From Candidatus Gastranaerophilales bacterium (lineage in GTDB: Bacteria; Cyanobacteriota; Vampirovibrionia; Gastranaerophilales; Gastranaerophilaceae): 64,000 bases of DNA. This document shows, in pieces, positions 1 through 9,275 of this stretch. The position numbers were made by a program, and so were the translations under genes. The stretch lies in NCBI GenBank assembly GCA_017475485.1, contig JAFVFO010000052.1:6437-70436 (forward strand), given 5' to 3'. The notes under the pieces were generated by a model. The model searched no databases. It had not been told where the DNA came from and worked only from the letters and a program-made list of their open reading frames with translations. Position 1 is the first letter of the stretch, and every line of letters starts with the position of its first letter.

Positions 1-557
1 AATGCAACCGCAATACCTGCACCAAGTTTAGAAGGGTCGTTTAAGTTCTGCATAACTTGAATTAAGCCTAATACGGCACCAATAATACCAAGTGTCGGAG
101 AATAACCGCCCGCAGATTCTAATACTTTTGCACCTGCATTAATTTTTTCCTGAATTTGCGATAATTGTGTTTCCATCATATCGCGCACTAATGTGGGGTC
201 AGCGCCGTCTGCAACAGCTTCAAGCCCAAGTTTTAACAACGGATGAGAAGCATTTTTTGCTTCTTTTTCCAAAACAATTACCCCTTCTTTCCTTGCTTTT
301 TGGGCATATCCTATAATTTCTTGGATTAAATCTTCAAATTTTGGCGGTTTTCCAAGATATACAACCCCGATACAGTGACCTGCGGTTTTGAAGTCTTCTA
401 TGGGAAAACTTAATACAACAGCACCTAATGTACCGCCCCCTACAATAAACAGAGCGGTTATTTGAAGCAACTGTCCTATATTTCCGCCTTCCATGGCTTG
501 CCCTGTTAAGATGAAGGCTTCGCCCAGAAAAGTACCAATTAATGCTGCGAAATCCAT
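1..557 (-). CDS. motA: Flagellar motor stator protein MotA (N-terminal ~185 aa; the rest runs off the window edge)
   Basis: Absent from the ORF track because it is open at the edge. My translation from ATG at 557..555 gives MDFAALIGTFLGEAFILTGQAMEGGNIGQLLQITALFIVGGGTLGAVVLSFP...LESAGGYSPTLGIIGAVLGLIQVMQNL. This is the typical MotA/TolQ/ExbB channel family layout. Confidence 0.85.
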   Translation of the reverse strand, partial: MDFAALIGTFLGEAFILTGQAMEGGNIGQLLQITALFIVGGGTLGAVVLSFPIEDFKTAGHCIGVVYLGKPPKFEDLIQEIIGYAQKARKEGVIVLEKEAKNASHPLLKLGLEAVADGADPTLVRDMMETQLSQIQEKINAGAKVLESAGGYSPTLGIIGAVLGLIQVMQNLNDPSKLGAGIAVA

Positions 558-620
558 TATTTATAAAACTCCTATTATAGCCTTATTATTGCTAAAAATA
601 GATGTTTTGTTATCATATAA

Positions 621-1643
621 TTATTGTATTTTGCCTGCTAACTGCCCGCATGCAGCGTCAATATCCGCACCGCGCTCTAATCTGACGGTAACTTTTTTGC
701 CTGATTCTTCCAATAAATATTTGAATTTCATTATGGTTTTTTTATCGGGTTTTTGAAATTGACTGTCGATTGAATTATATGGAATTAAATTGATATTGCA
801 TTTTAAATCTTTTAGGTATTCAATTAATTCCTTTGCGCATTCTTTTGAATCATTCAAGTTTTTAATTAAAATATATTCTATTGTAACTCTGTCTTTTGTT
901 TTGGATGAATAATTTAAAAGTGCTTTTTTAAGTTCGTTAATATTATATTTTTTCTCAACGGGCATTATTTTTTCCCTTATTTGATGATTTGGCGCATGTA
1001 AAGAAATCGCCAATGTCGGAATTAAGTTATTTTCCGATAATTCATTTATTTTAGGAACAATGCCCGAGGTTGAAAGAGTCATTCTTCTTATTGATATTTG
1101 AAGATTTTTATTTATTAATTCAAGTGCGCCTTTAACATTTTCGAGATTATCTAAAGGTTCACCCTGACCCATGAATACAACATTTGTTATTTTTAGGCCT
1201 GTATCAATTTGCGCCAAAAGAATTTGAGAGGCGATTTCATGGGGCAACAGGTTTCTTTTAAAACCGTTTTTGCCTGTTGCACAAAAAATGCAGCCCATTT
1301 TACAACCTATTTGACTTGAAACGCACATTGAAAGGTTTGCACGGTTGTCAAAACGCATTAAAACAGTTTCGGCACAAAGACCGTCTGAAAATTCTATTAA
1401 ATATTTTACTGTGCTATCAGCTGAAATTTGTCTTGTTTTTATTTTGCAGTCAAAAATTTGGCATTTTTCTTGTAATAAAGCTCTGAATTCTTTTTTGACA
1501 TCTGTCATATCATCAAAACTTGAGGCATTTTTTGCCCAAATCCAAGAAAAAATTTGATTAGCTCTGAATTTTTTTTCGCCCAAAGATTCAATATATTCAA
1601 TTAGTTCATCTTGAGATAATTTTGTTAAGGTTATTTTTCCCAT
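621..1643 (-). CDS. rlmN: 23S rRNA/tRNA (adenine-C2)-methyltransferase RlmN (radical SAM)
   Basis: The ORF carries GCKMGCIFCATG (CxxxCxxC), FRANQIFSWIW near the N-terminus and a C-terminal GADIDAACGQL motif. The track start at 1688 overlaps the upstream gene by 44 nt. ATG at 1643 (MGKITLTKL...) lies 1 nt after the upstream stop and is the more likely start. Confidence 0.9.
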   Translation of the reverse strand: MGKITLTKLSQDELIEYIESLGEKKFRANQIFSWIWAKNASSFDDMTDVKKEFRALLQEKCQIFDCKIKTRQISADSTVKYLIEFSDGLCAETVLMRFDNRANLSMCVSSQIGCKMGCIFCATGKNGFKRNLLPHEIASQILLAQIDTGLKITNVVFMGQGEPLDNLENVKGALELINKNLQISIRRMTLSTSGIVPKINELSENNLIPTLAISLHAPNHQIREKIMPVEKKYNINELKKALLNYSSKTKDRVTIEYILIKNLNDSKECAKELIEYLKDLKCNINLIPYNSIDSQFQKPDKKTIMKFKYLLEESGKKVTVRLERGADIDAACGQLAGKIQ

Positions 1644-1644
1644 A

Positions 1645-2283
1645 TTAATATCCGTTTTCAATAAAATCTCTTGAGCGGAATTTTGCACCTAATGATTTTG
1701 CAATTACTTCACAGCGTTCTTTATTAACGGGATAATTCGGAACTTTATCTACAATTGAAGCAATAGTATATATTTTTTCTTCAACACATGCTCTTATGAA
1801 ACGTTTAACCTCTTCATAAGCATTATCAATTTTCGGTTTTGAAACTAGATTATATTTTTCCTCGTTTTCGGCATTCAGGCTGATTGAAATTATATCAATA
1901 TAAGGAGCTAATTCGGGCGCTACATTGCGCTTATGAATGGCATTTGCATGACCGTTTGTATTTATTCTTATTTTTAAAGACGGATATTTTTCTTTTAAAT
2001 ATTTACAGATTTCAATAACTTCATTGATTTTAATTAGCGGTTCGCCATATCCGCAAAAGACTATTTCGCCTGCGGTTAAAACTTTTTTAATATTTTCTTC
2101 AATTTGAGTTATGACATCGCTTGATGTTGTATTATCTTTATCAAGCCAAAGTTTTGCGCCCTGTACATCTTCTTTTTGGTTGCGCACACAAAAAACGCAA
2201 GAATTTGTACAAGCATTTGTCATATTAATATATGGTTTGTTATCCAGAAAATATAAAAGGTTTTCTTTTGAAAGTGTGTCCAT
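1645..2283 (-). CDS. Small radical SAM protein (TatD-associated type)
   Basis: 212 aa with CTNSCVFCVR (CxxxCxxC) and a GYGEPL glycine-rich SAM motif. Family assigned by motif only. Confidence 0.7.
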   Translation of the reverse strand: MDTLSKENLLYFLDNKPYINMTNACTNSCVFCVRNQKEDVQGAKLWLDKDNTTSSDVITQIEENIKKVLTAGEIVFCGYGEPLIKINEVIEICKYLKEKYPSLKIRINTNGHANAIHKRNVAPELAPYIDIISISLNAENEEKYNLVSKPKIDNAYEEVKRFIRACVEEKIYTIASIVDKVPNYPVNKERCEVIAKSLGAKFRSRDFIENGY

Positions 2284-2322
2284 ATACTAATTTTAGCTCA
2301 TAATTTTTGCATTACAAGCATG

Positions 2323-2595
2323 TTAATTGTTGTATTCAAAGTTATTTGCGTCAATTCTTGCCGCATGGGCTGCGCGTTTTAATTTAGAAGGAGAATTAAC
2401 ATATCTTATTCTTGAATTAGAGTAAATGTATCTTCCCCATGCTTCAAGGCTTTGACGGGGCGGGTTGTAATAGACATAATCGTATCTTGTTTCTTTTGCG
2501 CAATTTCCGTTTCTTGCAACTTGAATTATAATATCCTGCGCATTACAGCATGCGCTAAGCAAGATAAAAGCAAATAACACACACAATTGTTTCAT
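2323..2595 (-). CDS. Small secreted hypothetical protein
   Basis: 90 aa with a signal-peptide-like N-terminus MKQLCVLFAFILLSACCNAQ. No recognisable domain. Confidence 0.45.
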   Translation of the reverse strand: MKQLCVLFAFILLSACCNAQDIIIQVARNGNCAKETRYDYVYYNPPRQSLEAWGRYIYSNSRIRYVNSPSKLKRAAHAARIDANNFEYNN

Positions 2596-2736
2596 ATATT
2601 CTCCTTGTTTTCACAATATATAAAACTAAAAATAAATAAAATTGTTCATATTGACGCTGTTTTTTAAGTTTTGTGAATGGAATTTTGCCTTGACTTGTAT
2701 ATTTTTGCCATTTCCAAAAAATAATTAAAAATAAAA

Positions 2737-2766
2737 AATTACCCTCTTTATATAAAGAGGGTAATT
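2737..2766 (-). terminator. Rho-independent terminator after the oad operon
   Basis: Perfect palindrome AATTACCCTCTTTATATAAAGAGGGTAATT lies 17 nt after the oadB stop. It is followed on the minus strand by a T-rich run (plus-strand ataattaaaaataaaa). Confidence 0.65.
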
Positions 2767-2782
2767 TCATTAGTAGTATTAA

Positions 2783-3973
2783 TTAATGTATGCAGACAGT
2801 TAACAAAACACCTGCCGCAACGGCTGAACCGATTACACCCGCTACATTCGGGCCCATAGCATGCATTAATAAGTAATTATTTGGGTTATATTCTAAACCT
2901 ACCTTGTTTGAAACTCTGGCTGCCATAGGAACTGCAGATACACCTGCCGAACCGATAAGCGGATTAATTTTGTTTTCTTTAGATGAAAATAGGTTCATTA
3001 TCTTTGCCATAATAACACCTGCTGCTGTAGCCAGCGAAAATGCTACAATACCAAGGATTAAGATAAATAATGTTTGAAGGGTTAAAAATTGATCTGCCGA
3101 TAATTTTGAACCAACCGATAATCCTAAGAAAATTGTAACGATGTTGATTAAGGCATTTTGCATAGTGTCTGATAATCTATCAACAACTCCGCATTCTTTA
3201 GCTAAGTTACCAAAAGCTAAAGCACCAACTAATGGGCATGCGCTTGGCAAAAATAAAATACAAAGTGAAAGAACCAAAAGCGGGAATACAATTTTTTCGC
3301 GCTTTGAAACTTCTCTTAATTGGCGCATTTCAATTTTACGTTCAGCTTCTGTTGTCAAAAGTTTCATTATAGGCGGTTGAATAACAGGAACTAAAGCCAT
3401 ATAAGAATATGCTGCAACTGCGATTGCGCCCAATAATTCAGGAGCGAGCTTTGAAGTTACATAAATTGATGTAGGGCCATCCGCTCCGCCTATAATACCG
3501 ATTGCACCTGCCTGAGGCAAAGTGAAACCAAAACAGCAAAGAGCTAATAACAATGCTCCAAATATACCAAATTGAGCAGCACCGCCTAAAAGTGCTGTTT
3601 TCGGATTGGCCAAAAGCGGGCCAAAATCCGTCATAGCACCTACTCCCATAAATATAATCAACGGGAAAAGTCCTTGATGAATACCTGCTTCATAAATGAT
3701 ATATAAAAATCCGCCGGGGTCAGTTATACCTGCATTTGGAATGTTTGATAAGAAACCCCCGAATGCAATAGGAATTAATAGCAATGGTTCATATTGTTTT
3801 TTTATACCAAGCCACATTAAAAACAAACATATTACAAGCATTATGGGTGAACCATATTGATGTAAAAATTGTTCAAAACAATTGGTTATATTAGGATCTT
3901 GAGGCTGAACAAAGTTATATAAACCTGTTTCATGCCATAATTGAGTTAGAATTTCACCTATATTTACTGTCAT
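2783..3973 (-). CDS. oadB: Na+-translocating oxaloacetate decarboxylase beta subunit
   Basis: 396-aa polytopic membrane protein containing [24 protein letters not shown] and [10 protein letters not shown], typical of the OadB/MmdB/GcdB family. Sits in an operon with oadA and oadG. Confidence 0.9.
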   Translation of the reverse strand: MTVNIGEILTQLWHETGLYNFVQPQDPNITNCFEQFLHQYGSPIMLVICLFLMWLGIKKQYEPLLLIPIAFGGFLSNIPNAGITDPGGFLYIIYEAGIHQGLFPLIIFMGVGAMTDFGPLLANPKTALLGGAAQFGIFGALLLALCCFGFTLPQAGAIGIIGGADGPTSIYVTSKLAPELLGAIAVAAYSYMALVPVIQPPIMKLLTTEAERKIEMRQLREVSKREKIVFPLLVLSLCILFLPSACPLVGALAFGNLAKECGVVDRLSDTMQNALINIVTIFLGLSVGSKLSADQFLTLQTLFILILGIVAFSLATAAGVIMAKIMNLFSSKENKINPLIGSAGVSAVPMAARVSNKVGLEYNPNNYLLMHAMGPNVAGVIGSAVAAGVLLTVCIH

Positions 3974-3984
3974 AATCTACTCTC

Positions 3985-5760
3985 CTAACCTAAAACAACC
4001 AATGTTTGACCGTTTTGAACTTTGTCGCCTTGAGAAACATCAACAGAAATTACCTTACCTGCTTGAGGTGATTTAATTTCCGTTTCCATTTTCATAGCTT
4101 CAACAACTAATAATACATCACCTTCATTAACTTCATCTCCTACATTAACTTCGGTTCTGATTACTACGCCCGGTAAAGCCGCTTTAATAGGTGTGCCTTC
4201 TTTTGAGGAAGCAGAAGCCGTTTGTTCGATACCTTCTTTAACCGAGATATCATATTGTTTACCGTTAACAGTTGCTTTATCGCCATTAATTTGTACTGCA
4301 TATTTTTTACCGTTTACGGTTACCGTACAACCTTCGGATGAACAAGTTGATGTTTTAGCGGGTTCATTTTTTCTAACGCCGATTGTAGCTTTACCTTGAA
4401 GATACATAATACCTTTTTCCTTGCAAGCGCCTGCAATAAAGATATTTTCATCATTAACTTCTAAGCCTGCGTCAGTAAGCATTTTGGTTGCTGCTTTAAT
4501 ACCTTTTGTTTCATCTTTATCGTTCAAATCTACAACATGTTCTGTTGTCGGTTGAAGTCCTAATTGTTCTTCAGCTATCTTGATTACTTCAGGGTCAGCA
4601 GGACATGGGGTATGTCCAAAATAGCCAAGAACCATTTTACCGTAGCCTTCTGCAATCTTTTTCCAAGCCCCGTGCATAACGTTATTAAATGCTTGTTGGA
4701 AATAAAATTGTGATACAGGTGTAACAGATGTACCAAAACCGCCTTTTTCAACTACTTCTTTCATAGCAGCCACTATGGCAGGATATTTATCCATTAAATT
4801 ATTATCACGAAGCATTTGGGTATTAGCAGTTAACGCTCCTCCGGGCAGAGGTGATTGAATAATCATAGGATTAACTGCCATAGCTTCGGGCGGCAAGAAG
4901 TAATCTTTCATGCATTCTTTGAAGATTTCCTCTGTTTCTAATATTTTTTCAATATCTATTCCAAGGTCATATTCAGTACCCTTCAAAGCATGCCACATTG
5001 AAACGATATCGGGTTGAGCAGTACCGCCTGAAACCGGTTTCATAGCAAGGTCAATACCGTCTGCTCCGCCGTCTAACGCTGCTAAATATGCGGCTAGTCC
5101 TGTTCCTGCTGTTTCATGGGAATGGAAGCGAATATGAGCGTCAGATCCTAAAATTTCCCTTGTTCTTTTAATTGTTTCATATACTTTTCGAGGGTTAGAA
5201 GTTCCGGATGCGTCTTTAAAAGCAAGACTATCAAACGGAATACCTGCATCAAGTATTGAGCGCAATACTCTTTCATAAAATTCAACGTCATGAGCACCTT
5301 TACATCCGATTGGTAATTCCATCATAGTAATTGTTACTTCATGTTTTAAGCCGTTATCTTTAATACATTGACCTGAATAAATTAAATTATTAACATCATT
5401 TAGAGCATCAAAGTTTCTGATTGTTGTAACGCCATGTTTTTTAAACATTTTGGCATGCAGATTAATCATATCTCTTGGTTGACTATCCAGCCCTACAACA
5501 TTAACCCCTCTTGAAAGTGATTGTAAATTAATATCGGGGCCGACTGCAGCTCTTATTTTATCCATGGTTTCAAAAGCATTTTCATTGCAATAAAAAATCG
5601 GCGATTGAAAACGAGCTCCGCCCGCTGTTTCAAAATGCTTAATACCTGCAGCAACTGCAGATTGCAGAGCGGGGATGAAATCATCTACAAATACTCTTGC
5701 CCCGTAAACTGATTGGAAACCGTCACGAAATGACGTATCCATAACTTTAATTTGTTTCAT
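3985..5760 (-). CDS. oadA: Oxaloacetate decarboxylase alpha subunit (carboxyltransferase plus biotinyl carrier domain)
   Basis: The N-terminal HMGL-like/5S carboxyltransferase region starts MDTSFRDGFQS. The C-terminal biotinyl domain has EAMKMETEI. Confidence 0.9.
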   Translation of the reverse strand: MKQIKVMDTSFRDGFQSVYGARVFVDDFIPALQSAVAAGIKHFETAGGARFQSPIFYCNENAFETMDKIRAAVGPDINLQSLSRGVNVVGLDSQPRDMINLHAKMFKKHGVTTIRNFDALNDVNNLIYSGQCIKDNGLKHEVTITMMELPIGCKGAHDVEFYERVLRSILDAGIPFDSLAFKDASGTSNPRKVYETIKRTREILGSDAHIRFHSHETAGTGLAAYLAALDGGADGIDLAMKPVSGGTAQPDIVSMWHALKGTEYDLGIDIEKILETEEIFKECMKDYFLPPEAMAVNPMIIQSPLPGGALTANTQMLRDNNLMDKYPAIVAAMKEVVEKGGFGTSVTPVSQFYFQQAFNNVMHGAWKKIAEGYGKMVLGYFGHTPCPADPEVIKIAEEQLGLQPTTEHVVDLNDKDETKGIKAATKMLTDAGLEVNDENIFIAGACKEKGIMYLQGKATIGVRKNEPAKTSTCSSEGCTVTVNGKKYAVQINGDKATVNGKQYDISVKEGIEQTASASSKEGTPIKAALPGVVIRTEVNVGDEVNEGDVLLVVEAMKMETEIKSPQAGKVISVDVSQGDKVQNGQTLVVLG

Positions 5761-5801
5761 TTTATTTTCCTCTTTTGATTAGTACGTCTTTTTATTCTCA
5801 A

Positions 5802-5838
5802 AAGGCACTAAGGCACTAAGGCGCTAAGGCACTAAGAG
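5802..5838. repeat. Octamer tandem repeat (AAGGCACT)x4 plus AAGAG
   Basis: Read directly as aaggcact aaggcact aaggcgct aaggcact aagag, in the oadG-oadA spacer. Related arrays occur at 14921-15009 and 40267-40293. Confidence 0.9.
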
Positions 5839-5842
5839 AAAA

Positions 5843-6073
5843 TTATTGTGCTTTTGCAATTGCTATTGCAAGTGCAATTTCAGCGTCATTTGTTCCTGCT
5901 TTTTTCACTGCCTTTGGTGTTTCAACAGGCAATGGGCATAATTTATTAACTATTTCAACACATTTAACCATGATATTAATTGCAAAAACTAAGATTACCA
6001 AAAATGAAAATACTATTCCCATTCCGACAATCATTGTGGTTAAACCTGTTGCCCATAAAGAACTATCTAGCAT
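5843..6073 (-). CDS. oadG: Oxaloacetate decarboxylase gamma subunit
   Basis: 76 aa with a single N-terminal TM helix (GLTTMIVGMGIVFSFLVILVFAI). Its size and position upstream of oadA/oadB fit the OadG family. Confidence 0.7.
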   Translation of the reverse strand: MLDSSLWATGLTTMIVGMGIVFSFLVILVFAINIMVKCVEIVNKLCPLPVETPKAVKKAGTNDAEIALAIAIAKAQ

Positions 6074-6657
6074 AACACTTCTCCTTTTATACCGTAATTT
6101 AAAAATTCATCATAATTATTTATAAAGTTATCTAAAAATCTGTTTATAAATTCATTTTTATCAACGTTTTTATTTGTTTCTAAAAATATTGACGTTGCAG
6201 GAATATCAATATGTTTAATTTCATCTTGTGCTAAGTTTAAATTAATACCGCAGCCGACAATTACACCCTTTAATTTGTCGCCGATAAATTCTGATTCACA
6301 TAAGAAACCTGCAATTTTTTTGTCGTTTATTAAAATGTCGTTAGGGTGTTTAAATTTGGGTTTAAGCCCGTATTCTTTCAGGGTATCTGCTGCTCTTAGC
6401 GCAACATAGCGGGTTAATTCATCAAGAAAATTAATATTTTCAGGCTTTAAAATAATTGATATATAGCAATTACCGCCATTTCTGTTGCTTGAAAACCAAC
6501 TGCGTTCAAACTGCCCATGACCATTAGGTTGGATATCGCAAGAAACAATATCGAAATTATTAAGCTCCTCTAAATGTTCATGAGAATAGATATTCGTAGA
6601 ATCCAGTTCATCAAAATGTATTATGTTGCGCATATACAATAATGATAACAAAAACAA
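6067..6657 (-). CDS. birA: Biotin--protein ligase (catalytic domain only, no HTH)
   Basis: Contains FDELDSTN and GHGQFERSW (GRGRxxRxW-like), followed by KFKHPNDILINDKKIAGFL. The real start is probably ATG at 6633 (MRNIIHF). The gene is adjacent to the biotin enzyme oadA. Confidence 0.8.
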   Translation of the reverse strand: MFLLSLLYMRNIIHFDELDSTNIYSHEHLEELNNFDIVSCDIQPNGHGQFERSWFSSNRNGGNCYISIILKPENINFLDELTRYVALRAADTLKEYGLKPKFKHPNDILINDKKIAGFLCESEFIGDKLKGVIVGCGINLNLAQDEIKHIDIPATSIFLETNKNVDKNEFINRFLDNFINNYDEFLNYGIKGEVLC

Positions 6658-6879
6658 AATTTAAAATAAAACAATTTTATTGTTTATTGGAAAAAATAAA
6701 AAATTAATTCAGTTCAACTTAATACTGTTGGAAATTTTTTGGTTAGGAAATTGAAGAAAAGATAAACAATGTAAGCAGGGATTACGGAATATGCAGAATC
6801 ATTATCCCCCATCGCATTATAATTCAACTTAAAAGTATATAAATTTAAAATATAAAAATAAAAAAATAAATAAAATAAA

Positions 6880-7676
6880 CTAAAACTTCAAAGATAAACC
6901 AATACCGTAAGGTATGGTAACATTATTCATTTTATGCGTAATATCAGATGTTTTTGCGCTTGGCACATTAAAAATTTCAGAGTATTCTTTTAATAAAGGA
7001 TTGATATCTTCATCAGGCAAGTAAAAATCTCCGAAAATTATTCCTTTGATTTTTTCTTTTAATTTTTCACAGCGATAAATTTCATAAAACATTTTATCAA
7101 CTTTATACAAAGGTTCATTCAAATCTTCTAAAAATAAAATTATATCTTCATTTGGCAAGTATTGTTTGCCTGATAAAACGCAAACAAGGCTTGATAAATT
7201 CCCGCCCCGGAGTTTTCCTTTGCAAGAACCTTTTTTAATTGAACATAAATTCAAATTAAACTTATTATTTTCAATAATATCAATATTTTTATCAAGATTT
7301 TCAACAAATCCGTTTGTCATCATAAGCGAATGGAAACATTTTATATTTGTTTTTTTGCTTAATGCCATTAAAAGAATTGTAGCGTCAGATGAACCTGCAT
7401 AAAATTTATTACAATTTTTAATTAAATCATAATTTATTTTATCAACAATTCTTAATGCGCCATAACCGCCCCTGACAGATAAAACTAAATCGACTTCATT
7501 ATCCAAAAAGGCCGATTCAAGATATTTTGCACGGTTTTCATCCGTATCTGACAAATAATTAAATGACGTATTTTGATTATAAAATTTTTTTCTAAAATTT
7601 TAATTTTATTTTCTAAATCTTCAAAATCTCTGATATTTCCGCTTGGCGCAACAAGTGCTATTGTTTTTATTTTCAT
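6880..7676 (-). pseudogene. ldcA: LD-carboxypeptidase (S66, LdcA-like) interrupted by a 1-nt frameshift in a homopolymer
   Basis: Two track ORFs (7485..7676 and 6880..7554) carry consecutive parts of one S66 peptidase. The first gives MKIKTIALVAPSGNI...KILEK. The other frame then reads KFYNQNTSFNYLSDTDENRAKYLESAFLDNEVDLVLSVRGGYG. The frames switch inside the T7 run at 7585-7591. Confidence 0.75.
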
Positions 7677-7765
7677 AAAATTATTATAAGAGTTTTTTAT
7701 TTTTATCTCAACTTTAATAATTGTCTTTTTATAGTAAAATATTTTTGTTAGAAAAGGAAAAAGTT

Positions 7766-9001
7766 ATGATTAAGGCTCAACGCGGAACAAAAGACATATT
7801 GGGTGATGAAATACCTACTTGGCAGTGGATTTTAGACAATGCAAAACGAATTTTTCAAAATGCGTGTTTTCAGGAAATTAAAACCCCTATTTTTGAAGCA
7901 ACCGAACTTTTTGCGCGCGGTGTGGGAGATTCAACCGATATTGTTAATAAGGAAATGTATTCTTTCTGCGTTGGCGGGGCTTTGAAAGATTCAACATCAA
8001 TTACTTTGCGTCCGGAAAACACTGCAGGGGTTGTAAGAGCTTTTATAGAGCATAATTTAAACCGCCAAAGTCCGCCTCAAAAGTTTTGGTATTTTGGGCC
8101 CATGTTTCGCTATGAACGTCCCCAAGCAGGCAGGCAAAGGCAATTTCACCAGCTTGGTGTAGAAATGTTTGGAATTAAAGAACCTTCTGCAGACGCTGAA
8201 GTTATTTTATCTGCTGTTGAATTTTTAAAATCAATAGGTCTGGGGGATTTAGAGGTTGAATTAAATTCACTGGGGTGCAATAAATGTAAAAATGACTACA
8301 GAAATTCGATTAAAGAGGTCTTAAAACCGTATTTAGATGAACTTTGTGACGATTGTAAAATGCGTTATGAAAAAAATCCTTTAAGAATTTTAGATTGCAA
8401 AAATGAAGAATGCCAAAAAATCTTTGAATTGCCTGAGGTTAAAAAGGTAATTTTGGCTGATTATATTTGCGGCGATTGCAGAGAACATTTTGAAACATTA
8501 TTGGAATATTTAGATGAACTCGGGATTAAATATTCCAGAAATAAACTTCTTGTAAGAGGTTTAGATTATTATAACCGCACGGTTTTTGAAATAAAATCGC
8601 AAAATTTAGGCTCTCAAAGTGCTGTGTGCGGGGGCGGAAGGTATGACGGCCTTGTTGAAATGCTCGGCGGTGTACCGACACCTGCAATCGGCTTTGCAAT
8701 GGGGGTAGAAAGACTTTATACAATTGTTAATAAAATAGAACAAAACAAAACAGATTATTTTGTGGTTTCGCAAAATACTAAAGAAGCCCTTAAACTTGCG
8801 CGTAAATTAAGAGAAGATAACAAAACTGCCGATTTTGATATGCAGGGGCGCAAATGGGTTAAGCAGCTTGAAAAAGCGTCTAAAGTTGCAAAATACGCAA
8901 TTTTACTTGGCGAAGATGAAATTAACCAAGGTTTTTACAGCGTTAAAAACCTTTCTACAGGTGAACAGGTCAAAATAAACAATCTAAAGGAACTATGCTA
9001 A
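7766..9001 (+). CDS. hisS: Histidine--tRNA ligase
   Basis: Class II aaRS motifs are present (RGTKDILGDE, FRYERPQAGRQRQFHQLGVE, GGGRYDGL). ATG at 7766 is preceded by aaaaggaaaaag; the track start at 7721 is a TTG extension. Confidence 0.95.
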   Translation: MIKAQRGTKDILGDEIPTWQWILDNAKRIFQNACFQEIKTPIFEATELFARGVGDSTDIVNKEMYSFCVGGALKDSTSITLRPENTAGVVRAFIEHNLNRQSPPQKFWYFGPMFRYERPQAGRQRQFHQLGVEMFGIKEPSADAEVILSAVEFLKSIGLGDLEVELNSLGCNKCKNDYRNSIKEVLKPYLDELCDDCKMRYEKNPLRILDCKNEECQKIFELPEVKKVILADYICGDCREHFETLLEYLDELGIKYSRNKLLVRGLDYYNRTVFEIKSQNLGSQSAVCGGGRYDGLVEMLGGVPTPAIGFAMGVERLYTIVNKIEQNKTDYFVVSQNTKEALKLARKLREDNKTADFDMQGRKWVKQLEKASKVAKYAILLGEDEINQGFYSVKNLSTGEQVKINNLKELC

Positions 9002-9220
9002 ATAATCCATTTTAGCATTATTTAAAGCATTTAATTCAGCATTAATTGCCATTAATTGAATTGAATCGCTAATGCCTTGAAGTTCTAATGCACTGCCAAA
9101 ACTCGGGGAATATCCGCCATTCAACATTGAACGTTGAGAAGCCCAATTTTGCAACAGTCCGTATTGCAAACTATTTTTTTGAGCTATTAAATTTTGTTTG
9201 TGTAGTGCTTGAATTAACAT
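8993..9220 (-). CDS. 75-aa hypothetical protein
   Basis: The ORF has SD GGAAGGG 7 nt upstream and a consensus sigma70 promoter upstream. Its 3' end overlaps the hisS stop by 9 nt in convergent orientation. No family recognised. Confidence 0.5.
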   Translation of the reverse strand: MLIQALHKQNLIAQKNSLQYGLLQNWASQRSMLNGGYSPSFGSALELQGISDSIQLMAINAELNALNNAKMDYLA

Positions 9221-9240
9221 ATTTAACCCTTCCTGCGCAC

Positions 9241-9269
9241 ATTATAGCAGAAACATAATATTTTTTCAA
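9241..9269 (-). promoter_or_regulatory. Sigma70-type promoter TTGAAA-N17-TATAAT
   Basis: The minus strand reads TTGAAA (9269..9264), a 17-nt spacer, then TATAAT (9246..9241), about 20 nt upstream of the ATG at 9220. Confidence 0.55.
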
Positions 9270-9275
9270 GACTGT

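Noticed and set aside
2555-2770. 71-aa ORF between the small secreted protein and oadB
   Set aside because: It spans the oad terminator palindrome and overlaps the start of the 2323..2595 gene. Its composition looks like translated intergenic AT-rich DNA.
3100-3107. Other GCCGATAA/CCGATAA occurrences as additional sigma28 promoters (e.g. 3100, 30580, 52053, 63538 on the minus strand)
   Set aside because: All lie inside coding regions and lack a TAAA element at the N15 spacing.
7721-7765. Upstream-extended starts given by the ORF track (hisS 7721, flavoprotein 17785, response regulator 28418, SpoIID 51332, STAS 55186, permease 59318, rlmN 1688)
   Set aside because: In each case an internal ATG has a better SD, avoids overlap with the neighbouring gene, and gives the canonical family N-terminus or signal peptide.
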